Counted from the stretch's first letter, positions 28,901 to 36,801 are shown. The stretch: 60,551 bases of DNA from Pirellulales bacterium (GCA_030751095.1 JASMGX010000001.1:1-60551), one strand, 5' to 3'. Notes: a model not told the origin generated them from the sequence alone. A program made the numbers and translations.

Positions 28901-30863
28901 CAGCCTGCTGGACCAGGAAATCGACCTCGTAGTGCGCTTTGAGACTGTCGGGCAACACGGTTAAAAATGAATACGTGCGGGCAGTGATCCAGGGATCACG
29001 CCGCTCGACGGTTAAACTGGCTCGATAGGGCTGGCGGTCGTAGAAATAGGCGAGCGCTGTGGGAACGTCTGCCAGGCCATACCTGGCCCGGTCTTGTTGA
29101 TTCAAGGGAATCAATCCTTCGATCCGGTCCGCGCGCACGATCAGATCATCCTGGGCGACGACCGCCAGGGCACCGATGTCCTGAACGGCGTTGCGGACAA
29201 CAAAGGCTGGAAAAGTCAGCTTGTTCTGCTTCCAGTCGTTGAGCCAATTTTCTGGTACCGAGACCGCGGCGATTTGAAAAACAGTCGGCACCCGGACCGG
29301 AGCCCCCTTGGGGACGCGGATGCGGAGCAGCGAGGCGGTATCCCCCTCTTCTTGTTCGTGTAGCACCACCTGCCCATCGGCACCGCGAACGCTCGTCACG
29401 TGCCAACCTTTCGGCATCTCGATTTCCAGTTCAAAAAGTCGCTCGGCGGTCGGAACGACGGTAAAACTGGCGCGCAACGCCAACTCGCTTTCCGAAACCG
29501 TCAGCATCAGGTTCGAGACAACCTCGTGTTGCGCGGGCGGTTGGACGAAGCGGGCAGTCAGTCCGTAGTCCGCTTGGGGTGCGAAGTAGGTGACAATCGA
29601 GCGAATCGCAGGAGCCCCCGGTTCGGTCTGCAGGACGCTTTTTGGAATACTCCACATGAGCACCTGATTTTCGATCGTAATCAACCCGCTGGCGGTGATT
29701 TGTTCGGCATCGAGCCGCTCTTCCGCCACGAGCCCGACGACCGCGACCTGGCCGGCGACATCGAGCGGAGTCAAACGCGGCAATTGCCAATCATCCAGCG
29801 CCACTGCCGTTTTGATCAGCACAATATTCATGGAAACGGTACCCGCTGCCGGCTCGCGGAGTTTGACCGTCAGCACCCTTTGAGCATCTTTCCCCTCTAC
29901 CGCCCATTGGGCCAATAGTGGCGACTCGACCTGGCTGACCTCAAACCCGTCTGGCAGCGCAAATCGAAATTGTGCCGCTTCGCCGTAGAGCACGCTCATC
30001 GAGACCTGGGCGTGCAGGCGTTCGTAGGCCTTGGTGACTTCGTCCACAAGGACGCTGCGTGCCACGACAACCTGCCGCGTCTGGGCCGCTCGGTTATTGA
30101 GCGACATGACCACCGATAGCGGGCCACCTGGCGGGAGCAGCTCAAGTTCTGTGGTGTCGGCGGTCAGCTTGCGGCTCACCACCGCCGCGCCGCTTTTTAC
30201 TTCCACGTTTCCCGGCACGACGAGTTGCAATTTCGTGCTCGGTGGCGTCGGGACCTGGATGTTCAACGCCTGTTCGGCAGCAGAGGCCTGCAGCGGCGCA
30301 AGCAGATCGAGCACTAACGTGTGCTGGCCACGTCCTTCGACAAACAATACGATCCGGCCGTCCGGTCCCCTGGCCAACGGTGCCGGTGTCTTGTCGAGCG
30401 TCGCGGCGCGGATACCGACGCCGCTGAAACGTAACGGCAACTGTTGCAGTCCATCTTCCAGCACATCGACCTGCAACGTGCCGGTGATTCTCGCTCTGTC
30501 CTGTTTCAAGCTCCCCTTGTAGAGGGCCGACAAGACAAGCGCCTTGACAGGCGGCGGTTCGCCGGGCGAAGTGCGGACGCGGGCCAGCATCTCTTCGTAT
30601 TGCTGGCGTTTCATGAAAACCCGCCGCACGCCGCTCTTTAGAATGACGTTCAAGTCTTCGAACGGGACGAAGATTTCACGCACGACTTCGGGTTGTTTGG
30701 TCGGTGGTGGTGCGGCCGGGGCAGGCGCGATGTTGGCGAGCAGCACGAGGAGAAAAAGCAACCGCTTGTGACTACCGCAGCGTGCCGGAGTGAACGTTTC
30801 TCTGCGACTGGAGGTCACAGCCACCATTCTGCAACCGCAAACCGAGGAAAAAAACCTAGCCAT
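22986..30863 (-). CDS. Giant (~2625 aa) envelope protein made of two tandem paralogous modules with TM clusters; function unknown
   Basis: Uninterrupted 8-kb ORF. The preferred ATG at 30863 (MARFFSS...HKRLLFLLVLLANIAPAPAAPPP) overlaps the upstream gene stop by 8 nt; the track start at 31031 is TTG. Module A is nt ~27200-30863 and module B is nt 22986-~27190. A central TM cluster lies at ~27190-27510 and there are three C-terminal TM helices. Each module is alignable by eye to the 1195-aa neighbour. Confidence 0.75.
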   Translation of the reverse strand: MARFFSSVCGCRMVAVTSSRRETFTPARCGSHKRLLFLLVLLANIAPAPAAPPPTKQPEVVREIFVPFEDLNVILKSGVRRVFMKRQQYEEMLARVRTSPGEPPPVKALVLSALYKGSLKQDRARITGTLQVDVLEDGLQQLPLRFSGVGIRAATLDKTPAPLARGPDGRIVLFVEGRGQHTLVLDLLAPLQASAAEQALNIQVPTPPSTKLQLVVPGNVEVKSGAAVVSRKLTADTTELELLPPGGPLSVVMSLNNRAAQTRQVVVARSVLVDEVTKAYERLHAQVSMSVLYGEAAQFRFALPDGFEVSQVESPLLAQWAVEGKDAQRVLTVKLREPAAGTVSMNIVLIKTAVALDDWQLPRLTPLDVAGQVAVVGLVAEERLDAEQITASGLITIENQVLMWSIPKSVLQTEPGAPAIRSIVTYFAPQADYGLTARFVQPPAQHEVVSNLMLTVSESELALRASFTVVPTAERLFELEIEMPKGWHVTSVRGADGQVVLHEQEEGDTASLLRIRVPKGAPVRVPTVFQIAAVSVPENWLNDWKQNKLTFPAFVVRNAVQDIGALAVVAQDDLIVRADRIEGLIPLNQQDRARYGLADVPTALAYFYDRQPYRASLTVERRDPWITARTYSFLTVLPDSLKAHYEVDFLVQQAGVRKLIVELPADTPDSISIQGMDGAALKEFSSQLTGGVRRWTVLLAQRRRGHIRLAVDFLQRLESEEPKNLPLPLIAAVDVAFQSGHVAVEGSPELDVQVVTTAREVDVGELSAAEYLPGPRLLGAYAYGGGKADIKINVFRHPGYGLPGAIIERAELVTAIGADGISQTVARYQLRTKASYLEIELPPGSSLWSAFLDGEPIKPQRESRRLLLSLPAKTTAGVRKLQVVFETPSDVLGLMGTVELAAPKLYLWSAPDRQRAEVPVADVQWSLQLPAGYRVASSAGTVFLSQAQQRPSPLAAVVRTLYYLAGGFQPFVMLSSIQSVRESSRRAAEDFAERERLSSGRGELTIEIAEDSDVDAFALDEIDEIEEMEVTTEEMDLLEEAEPSSASAFGSRAYGGRASTRSVPPRSGKYFKSKTTGSWALEGLSSLQIDLPEKSAKDISFQSLGVDPLLRVKLIEKNRVQSFAAAIGLAILLVGLLLTRRPVGTKTRYLVAVILISSLVPLITGWTNQLGDSFDVAFFTACLLIPYYLFVGILRWFAHQCCGRRPTRGTRSVTATILLLFITISAISEAAPPVIVQIAPPPEPVKIPRDAIIIPYNVGDGVGIDSRAEQAEKVLVPYDQYVKLWNQAHPDKKIEVAEQTAKFALSGGAFSARLEGDTFLLVRGSVDVDLFTDDDVVSVPLALAGGVLTEAELDGQPARLRFISAADPAATNAPAQVPQLRHANVQKTKKAQRAGPAVSQRPQRPLVVLLASGKGRHRLDVAVRLPLERRGGWRLLSGNIPFSPATALTLEVPLAKTEIRMPAAADRKTYETTKNNETIETVLAADGLLQIEWRPTVAEGAIDRTLTANSQAVFDVREDGLFLMWRLQVDFGRTLRDSFTIAVPKEYLLERIVGDNVRNWQAKTVGDTQQVEITLLKASQGQQSVTIQLSQHRAVGQQQVSPFDVPNVMVTGAALHRGKLTVRRSPILQLQTTQLAGATRTDASDQAATRLAAVIGAEESPLGIQPYQTYRFVSTPFQIGLSDAQITAETSATVQSILGVAQRETTLESRIQYRVKRRKIFRLKIVLPEGLELNNRVRAPEPFQWSVAEEEGKRVLSIQLGEGRRGDFPVFIGGTIQGGTDKKTFELPQLSILGVDHQESDIVLQVDPAYEVRAANLQNCQNVLPQSVYSWLIQRQQRELARLVLRARNADYAGSLAFTRRQPKVTCRTITNTKITENTIEETILLDFSISDAGIRQVVFLLPESMQQARISAPQLRQTTVTPVAGKPLVRVQLDLQDDLKGQFDVKIVHDHLLTEGLHTAPIPVVQTGQTRRRFVVLENAGRDELVVEQHSGLEVLNRQQQQWRELAALLGEGLTLAYVVRKGSDTAELTFKTRERKAVETARASIGLARTQLVVDGSGAFRGVQEYRLDNETEQFLEIALPTGAHLWSATVAGEPVKPIEEPATGGAAKLQIPLIKTAKGDQDYAVILKYGGTLGSLGNLGTVGFPLIHTVNINVETSQVRLYLPKNHSWFDFGGDMKLVTEADHAAGQVAYNTRQLQKLAEVLSGDDDYARARAIANSSGLMAENNKLINQQEERHLNQELSENVDLNATWRDLVGDKLEKADVVDATIDTVDNRSRLDEAWRAQRNDRASNVVQDTGRNWNADGELKQLENGWRIGGRINDAERPVDRGFNEKWLVGNELDRDGFLSAEGGQESQSELAAPAPAQQAGRYQVAQDPDKTSNKVGGKADLFADSIQKGQIQKSEIGGQGGIGGGVIGGDGGDSGFLYRPESDIESTKNNARRYQEKLEAQQSNQDKPGGKAGGRKGKAKKKRARKEGKIPEPAEIARADLEESPQDAALPTTGGPSIGGMASLEVTIPARGDLYLFTTPRGNAQISARTISTPLLDRLIALGWVVGVVVLALILIRWIRRGVLSALGDRRGSLILIVLGLASLLTCIFPFAGLLMIIAGLVIFFFSRRAAAV

Positions 30864-33800
30864 CGGCCCGGCCTCCTTCCGAAGAGCCGCCTGAGGGTTC
30901 GTCACCGTCGTCACCGTCAGACCCTTCTTCCGGTTCCAACTCGGGAGGAGATTCGCTACTTTTCCCCTCTCCCTGCTTCTCGGTCTCTCCCGGTATCTCC
31001 CCCTCTTCGTCTCCCGATGGTGCATCCGCAACGATGCCTGCCGTCACAACATCGCCTCGAGGTGGATTGCGCCTCGATGCGAGCCTCGGCAGGTCCCGGA
31101 TCACAAACCAGACACCCCAGAGGATGAGCACGATGGCGAGCGCCCAAAATAACACGCCCCGCAGCACCTCACCCGAGAGCGTTGGCAGGAAGACACCCAT
31201 CAGGATCAAGGCGATTACCAGAACGGCCAGCGCCGTGAACTTCTCCGAAACGCGCCGTCGAATCATCACCAACCCGATCGCCAGGACAGCGAAGAAGACA
31301 ATCGACTGAAACCAGTTTTCGTTCATGGTCACTAAACAAAGCGCGCCTTTTTTACCACCCGGTGGCTGAAGTGTTGAGAACAGATAGAGTTGACCGGCGA
31401 CAGAGAAGGTGTCCGTAATGTTGCCCTTCTGTTTTGTGCCCGTGGCGACTTCCTCGAGCAATTTCTTCACCCTCTTGCGGGAATTGGATAACGGGTGGAA
31501 GCGCCACCAGGGGGGCTGCTGGTTGGTCCACGGTCCGCTGACCCCCAACAAAACCTGCTCGTCCGGCACGTATGCGCACAAGTAGACATTTTGCACCGCG
31601 GGTTCGTCCGGAAAAGAGGGTACCTGCAGGTCTCGGGCCGAACCTGTTTGCGTATAATTCAGTTCCAACAGGAAGGTGTCTTTTGCGTCGAGACCTACCA
31701 GCGGTATGTAGTAGTTGTCTTTGCCACCACTTTCCAGTGGCACGGACTGGCCGTTGATTCTTACCGGCTGTGCATCAAATTCCGGCTTGTTCTCGTTGTT
31801 CGTGGGGAGCACCAATTTGATGCGTTGCCGCGCGCTTCGCATCCGGTAACGGGCTTGCACGGCAACCTGGCCGGAGCGGGTGATGACCTGGCGGACGACC
31901 CCCATTTCGATGCTCGTCCGTTTCACTGCTTCCAGTTTGTACCGCGTGGCTTCCAGGATGAGCTTCCAATCGTCATAAAATTCGAACGCCAGGGCGGCAC
32001 CTTCAAGACGGTCTTTTTGATCAATGTCATGCTGCGGGTCGACCGGACGCAAGCGGTCCACCTCGCTCGGTCGTACGTCGATCGTTTCGCTCTTGGCGAC
32101 CACGATCTGTCCCCAGGCCAGATCGACACCGGAGGGCTTCAGCGACGGCACGACGATCGACACCGGCTTGCCGACTTCCAGGTCGCTCATGTTCTGCTCC
32201 CACTCGAAACCGACGACCACCTCGCCAAGCAGTTCGGTCTCGCCTGCCAGCTCCATGGCGACATAGCCTTCGCCGACATCCTTCGGCTGTGTCTGCATCC
32301 GCACCTGGCGAATGGCCGGCGTGGTGTTGTTCATTTTTTCGATCAGGTCCGCCGGCACGTCGATCCTCAACGACTCGACGCCGCTGTAGCGAATCAAATA
32401 GTAGAAGCGGGAAACATATTTGACTTGGCCCGACTTGATTTCCACAGTCAGTAGCTGGCGGACGGTGATGTGTGGCTTTCGCCTTTCCGCTTGGACAACG
32501 AGCGAGACCGCTTGGTCGGTGAACGCAAAGGCCAGGGAAGGTTTGGCTTTGGGAAACCGTGTGTCGCGGCAGGTGGGGATCTTCTGATAAGCTGCAGCGA
32601 TGGAGACACTGCGAAGCCCTTCCTGCTTCAATGGATTGACTTTCAGGCTCTCCGGTTTGCAGATCACCAGCCTGCCGGTCGACCGTTCCACACTCGCAGG
32701 TGCAACGCGCGGGATGGACAACTTCATTTCCGAAGCCTTGCCCGTAGGGCTCAGCAGATTCGGGTCCTTGAGCCGCTTTTCAAGCTCGAGGAAGAGACCG
32801 ACTTTGCCAATCGCCTTGCGAGCCAGATTGACGATCAGTTTCGTTTTATCATCCTCGTCGATATCGTAGTTATCGACATGGACGGGCGTTGCGCCGGGTG
32901 CTGCCCGTCCGCTCACCCGCCGGACCTGATAACCTGCCGGGATATCGATGTCGAACTGAAAGAGACCTGCCTTTTTGATGTTGTACAACACCAGTAAATC
33001 GAGCGTTAGTTTGTCCGGCTCCAGATACACTTCGACAAGCTGGTCCGCAACCACTCTCGGCTGAATCTTCTCAACGTCCATTTTTAGATCGAAGGGCAGA
33101 GCGGCGTAACGGTAGGCGAAGTTCCACCGGTCAGGTCCGATCCTGCGAGGCAGTTCGGAGGCGTCGAGTTGCAACAATCCACTGCGACTGATCCCTTCGG
33201 CGCGAAGACCTGCGCCCAAGCGGACAACTACGATCCCTTGTTGCCGGCCAACATCGAGCGCTTGTACCACCGGGACGACAAACTGTTTCTTCTCAAACTC
33301 GCCGACAAATTTTTCGAGTTCCACGGTCAGATTTTGTTTTCCCCGAGTCGGCTGAAAAAGCTGGATTGTGATCTGTTGGGTTTCCCCTTCGGTTTTGACA
33401 TCCCACTGGCGGACATTTGCGTCAAAGACTCCGGCCACTTTTTGGTCCGCGGGCACTTCGATGCGGAGTTGAGACAAATCGGCCCGGGTGATCTCATATC
33501 GCAATTGAGATCGGGTCCGGACAACACCCTGGTCCAGAGTCACCTGCTGTTCCGCCTGCACCGTGGCCAGAGCGGCCAGGCCGAGCGCACCTTCGGCCTT
33601 GGGCGTCCAATCAATCCGAACCATAGGCGCCGCGCCGAGAAAGGCCATCACCACCGTCTCTTTCGCATCGCTCTCGTCCTTGTTTGGGACCTCGGCGGCT
33701 GCAATCATCGGCTTGACGTTGACCTTCACGCCCGCTTCCGGGATCCGGATCTGCCAGCGGTTCACCGCCGCCTGGGGAGCCTGGATCGCCACACTGTTCT

Positions 33801-34383
33801 GACCCGGAGCCTTGGTGTAGGTCTTGGAGTACTGTAACGAAAGCTCAATTTTTTGCGGGTCGTTCTTTTCCTTCTTGACGAGCAACTTGTATCCGTTCTT
33901 GCCGATCAGCCGAGCGGGCTGGCCATTGAGTTGTGCCTCCGCGATCGCCGCGTTGTTGAGCCTCAAGGGAATCTCGTGCCAGCCGTCGGTCAACAATTCA
34001 ATTTTGAGACTGGCGTCGACCGAGATCACGTCCTCATCAATCGTTGCTTTACTTTCAATTTCGGTAATCACCGCTCGGACCGGCGGTCCCTCGTCCGGCA
34101 CCCGCCTCTCGGCCGCCCGAGCAGCTTTCCACAACGCCTGGAACTGGTCGTACGGCAGAAACACTCCGCGTCCATTCTTCTCGAACGAGTCGCGCAGTTT
34201 GGAATACGGTACGTAGATCGTCTGTTCGCGGAGTACGGAATCTTTCTTGTCGTCTTTAGCCGATTCTTCCGACGCCGGTTGCGCCAGGGCGATGGAACTG
34301 AGAAAAACCGACAAGACCACCGACAAGACCAGCGCCACACCAGCAGCGCAATAGAGGGAACGCGTAGCGGGGGTTGAGATCAT
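30856..34383 (-). CDS. Giant (~1175 aa) envelope protein, single module paralogous to the two modules of the downstream gene; function unknown
   Basis: The ATG at 34383 (MISTPATRSLYCAAGVALVLSVVLSVFLSSIALAQPA) is preferred over the TTG at 34443. A long beta-rich region is followed by three C-terminal TM helices (IVFFAVLAIGLVMI, ALAVLVIALILMGVFLPTL, VLFWALAIVLILWGVWFVI) and an acidic Gly/Glu/Asp tail. Confidence 0.75.
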   Translation of the reverse strand: MISTPATRSLYCAAGVALVLSVVLSVFLSSIALAQPASEESAKDDKKDSVLREQTIYVPYSKLRDSFEKNGRGVFLPYDQFQALWKAARAAERRVPDEGPPVRAVITEIESKATIDEDVISVDASLKIELLTDGWHEIPLRLNNAAIAEAQLNGQPARLIGKNGYKLLVKKEKNDPQKIELSLQYSKTYTKAPGQNSVAIQAPQAAVNRWQIRIPEAGVKVNVKPMIAAAEVPNKDESDAKETVVMAFLGAAPMVRIDWTPKAEGALGLAALATVQAEQQVTLDQGVVRTRSQLRYEITRADLSQLRIEVPADQKVAGVFDANVRQWDVKTEGETQQITIQLFQPTRGKQNLTVELEKFVGEFEKKQFVVPVVQALDVGRQQGIVVVRLGAGLRAEGISRSGLLQLDASELPRRIGPDRWNFAYRYAALPFDLKMDVEKIQPRVVADQLVEVYLEPDKLTLDLLVLYNIKKAGLFQFDIDIPAGYQVRRVSGRAAPGATPVHVDNYDIDEDDKTKLIVNLARKAIGKVGLFLELEKRLKDPNLLSPTGKASEMKLSIPRVAPASVERSTGRLVICKPESLKVNPLKQEGLRSVSIAAAYQKIPTCRDTRFPKAKPSLAFAFTDQAVSLVVQAERRKPHITVRQLLTVEIKSGQVKYVSRFYYLIRYSGVESLRIDVPADLIEKMNNTTPAIRQVRMQTQPKDVGEGYVAMELAGETELLGEVVVGFEWEQNMSDLEVGKPVSIVVPSLKPSGVDLAWGQIVVAKSETIDVRPSEVDRLRPVDPQHDIDQKDRLEGAALAFEFYDDWKLILEATRYKLEAVKRTSIEMGVVRQVITRSGQVAVQARYRMRSARQRIKLVLPTNNENKPEFDAQPVRINGQSVPLESGGKDNYYIPLVGLDAKDTFLLELNYTQTGSARDLQVPSFPDEPAVQNVYLCAYVPDEQVLLGVSGPWTNQQPPWWRFHPLSNSRKRVKKLLEEVATGTKQKGNITDTFSVAGQLYLFSTLQPPGGKKGALCLVTMNENWFQSIVFFAVLAIGLVMIRRRVSEKFTALAVLVIALILMGVFLPTLSGEVLRGVLFWALAIVLILWGVWFVIRDLPRLASRRNPPRGDVVTAGIVADAPSGDEEGEIPGETEKQGEGKSSESPPELEPEEGSDGDDGDEPSGGSSEGGRADG

Positions 34384-34582
34384 GGAATGATCTTTCCTTT
34401 TCAAAGATGGTAACCCGGTAAAGAAGGTAGTTACCAAAGCCAATTCTCCATTCTAGTTGCACGAAAAACAGATGTTGCCTGCCAGAACTTTTTCGCACAA
34501 ATAGATAGACACCGTTTACGGCCTGTTCGTTTCCCTAAATGTACCAAATTCGTAAAATTCCTGCCGGCCAACCGGCGAGTTG

Positions 34583-34597
34583 CTTCCGCTCCACTTG
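34583..34597 (+). repeat. Isolated 15-nt exact copy of the tRNA-Ala 3' end plus trailer (CTTCCGCTCCACTTG), a possible att-core relic
   Basis: Identical to 22766-22780 and carries the C variant found in the intact tRNA, not the T variant of the 34817-34866 relic. It lies in the 370-bp non-coding stretch between the giant operon start and the tRNA relic. Confidence 0.45.
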
Positions 34598-34816
34598 TTG
34601 TAAGTTTTTTGCTGAATCCGAGTTAGGGATACCTGCCGGGTCTGCGGCACCAAAGTTCAAAACGGCACGCGTGGACCATTTTTATGAAATCGGTACCGCG
34701 AACATGCGCGCATCGATGGTCTATTTTCTGCGTCGCGGCGAACGCTTGAGAAAATAGTTTCCGGGCGATAAACCGCAGCTGCCCTTGGACTTTGTTGCTT
34801 ATCCGCAAGCTGTTTT

Positions 34817-34866
34817 GCGCTGCGTTCGCAATGCAGAGGTCGGGAGTTCGACTCCCTTTCGCTCCA
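34817..34866 (+). pseudogene. Relic of tRNA-Ala (3' 50 nt only: anticodon arm to acceptor 3' strand)
   Basis: Aligns with tRNA positions 24-73 at 22728-22777 with 4 mismatches, two of which break T-stem pairing. No 5' half is present upstream. Confidence 0.75.
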
Positions 34867-35034
34867 CTTGATGGCAAAGTCATACCTCTAACCGCCTAGC
34901 CTGCAGACTCCGGCTCAGGTCGCACGCAAGGCCGTGACAATCTCCGCGCGGGCCGCAACAATCGCCGGCGCAATGCCGGCAAGCAGACCGGAAATCGCCG
35001 CAATCAACAGGCCCCAGAGCGCCAGACGCAGCGA
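34817..35034 (+). repeat. Right copy of the ~218-bp imperfect direct repeat (tRNA relic + spacer + 3' end of the intact permease gene)
   Basis: See the left copy at 22728-22945: same order, same orientation, no gaps. Confidence 0.85.
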
Positions 35035-36057
35035 CGGCGTGAAGGCGATCGTGACCGCCTCGGCACCGACCGAGAGACTGCTTAACTGCAACATCCCCAT
35101 CGCAAGCCCCACGCCCAGTACCCCGCCCGCAACGCCCAACACGAGACTTTCGGTCACCACAAGCCAAAAAACCTTCGGCCCGGAAAAGCCGATCGTCTGC
35201 AATAAGGCATGCTCGCGAATCCGGTCCTGCACCGACATGATCGTGGTCGTGGCAACAAGTGCGAGCACCAGACCGACACAGGCGTAACCGAGGTAGTGGG
35301 CCATGCCAATCAATTCCGCCAGATCGCCGAGACTGCGGGCCTGAAATACCCCCTTGGGCCGCGTGTCGGTCTCGACAGGGCCACCCTGAAACAGCTCGTC
35401 GACCTCTTCGGATTTGGCGACCGGGTCGACCCCCTCGGCGAGCAGGGTTTCGAGCTGCGTTACCGTCCCGACAAGATTCTTGCCCTTGCTCCGCTGCAAA
35501 AATTCGAGATGCGAGTAGATGTAATTCTCCTCCGCCGGGTCGCTGCTCTCAAAAATGCCCGCCACGTTCACGCTCAAATCGCCAATCGAAAACTTGCTGC
35601 CGACATTGAGATCGCGCCGCGCCGCAACCGCCCGGCCGATCACCGCGGCATCCTGGTGCTTTTCAAACTCCTCCCAACTCCCGGCGCTGAGCGTAAAATC
35701 GCGCGCGGGGCGGAGTTTCTCCGGCGGCACGCCGTAAAACACGACCACATCGAGACTCGCCCGGCAGTTGTTCGTAAAAACCTGAATCGGCACCACCTGC
35801 CGCACGCCATCGAGCTTGGAAATCTGTTGTTCGTAATCCTGCGGCAGATTGCTCGTCGCCGGGCAGAACTTGTTGGCCTGGAAGGTGATGAGCGAACCTT
35901 TCGCCCCCTGCTGGCGATGGATGGCGTTCATCCCCTCCTGCACCGCGCCCACAAAGCAGAAGACAAACAGCGCAACGGCCGAACCGCTCACCGTGAGCAG
36001 CGTGCGAGAGCGATGCCGCCAGAGCGTCTTGCCAATGTAGGGAAAAAATTTGATCAT
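34915..36057 (-). CDS. ABC transporter permease, FtsX/MacB-type (4 TM plus periplasmic domain)
   Basis: 380 aa. N-terminal TM (RTLLTVSGSAVALFVFCFVGAV), a ~200-aa periplasmic domain and a C-terminal three-helix FtsX-like bundle. Last gene of the efflux operon. Confidence 0.85.
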   Translation of the reverse strand: MIKFFPYIGKTLWRHRSRTLLTVSGSAVALFVFCFVGAVQEGMNAIHRQQGAKGSLITFQANKFCPATSNLPQDYEQQISKLDGVRQVVPIQVFTNNCRASLDVVVFYGVPPEKLRPARDFTLSAGSWEEFEKHQDAAVIGRAVAARRDLNVGSKFSIGDLSVNVAGIFESSDPAEENYIYSHLEFLQRSKGKNLVGTVTQLETLLAEGVDPVAKSEEVDELFQGGPVETDTRPKGVFQARSLGDLAELIGMAHYLGYACVGLVLALVATTTIMSVQDRIREHALLQTIGFSGPKVFWLVVTESLVLGVAGGVLGVGLAMGMLQLSSLSVGAEAVTIAFTPSLRLALWGLLIAAISGLLAGIAPAIVAARAEIVTALRAT

Positions 36058-36072
36058 CGTTATTTCACTCCG

Positions 36073-36801
36073 TTAGTGGCCGGACGCCTGGACCTGGTAA
36101 GCGTCGGACGTTTCCAGACCCACCCCACCTGTCTGCACGAGCCGGCCGTGGTCGAGATGGAATTGTTTGTCGGCCGCCAAGGCCACCTCGGTATCGTGCG
36201 TGACCATCAACAGCGTCACGTTCAACTGCTCGTTTAATCGCTTTAAAAGGTCGATGATCTGTCCGGACGTATCGGGATCGAGGTCTCCGGTCGGTTCGTC
36301 CGCCACCACCACTTTGGGGTGCGCGACAATCGCCCGGGCAATCCCGACCCGCTGTTCCTGGCCACCGGAAAGCTGGCGGGGATAGTGCTCAGCGCGGTCG
36401 CGCAACTGGACCGCATCGAGGGCGATCTCTACCCGCTTGCGCCGCTCGCTTCGGGGCATCGGCAGCAGCAGCAGCGGCAACTCGATGTTTTCGTATGCGG
36501 TCAGGACGGGAACCAGATTGTGCGTCTGAAAAATGTAGCCCATGTTGGCCGCACGCCAGCTCGCCAATTGGGTTCGCGAAAGGCTGGTGATGTCGACTCC
36601 ATCGACCACAATCGTGCCGCTGTCGGGCCGGTCGATGCTCGCCACCAGGTTCAGCAGCGTCGACTTGCCCGTACCGCTGGCGCCCATGAGTGCGAGAAAC
36701 TCCCCCTCTTCGACAGAGAGCGTGACCCCATCGAGGGGCGTAATGGTCTCGTCCCCCTTGTGGTATTGCTTGGTGACATTGTTGATTTCGATCAAAGACA
36801 T
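36073..36801 (-). CDS. ABC transporter ATP-binding protein (MacB/LolD-like)
   Basis: Walker [10 protein letters not shown], signature [14 protein letters not shown], Walker [13 protein letters not shown]. The start overlaps the adaptor gene stop (TAATG). Confidence 0.95.
   Translation of the reverse strand: MSLIEINNVTKQYHKGDETITPLDGVTLSVEEGEFLALMGASGTGKSTLLNLVASIDRPDSGTIVVDGVDITSLSRTQLASWRAANMGYIFQTHNLVPVLTAYENIELPLLLLPMPRSERRKRVEIALDAVQLRDRAEHYPRQLSGGQEQRVGIARAIVAHPKVVVADEPTGDLDPDTSGQIIDLLKRLNEQLNVTLLMVTHDTEVALAADKQFHLDHGRLVQTGGVGLETSDAYQVQASGH

Larger units (their letters stand above)
22778..34866. mobile_element. Putative tRNA-Ala-associated genomic island or insert (~12.1 kb) carrying only two giant genes; no integrase recognised
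   Basis: Bounded by the intact tRNA-Ala on the left and, in direct orientation, a 50-nt relic of the tRNA 3' part on the right (34817-34866). The flanking repeat extends into the spacer and the permease 3' end, and an additional 15-nt tRNA-end copy lies at 34583-34597. Confidence 0.5.

Noticed and set aside
22778-34866. Search for an integrase, excisionase, transposase or IS ends inside the tRNA-flanked insert
   Set aside because: The only sizeable ORFs are the two giant genes and their antisense artefacts. No recombinase-like motifs (for example the R..H..R..Y tetrad context or DDE) were recognisable by eye. The region is therefore not called a canonical integrative element, only a putative island.
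34539-34883. Small ORFs 34539-34757 (+) and 34623-34883 (-) between the giant operon and the tRNA relic
   Set aside because: They have no motifs, one overlaps the tRNA relic, and the region looks like decayed non-coding DNA containing the 15-nt tRNA-end copy.
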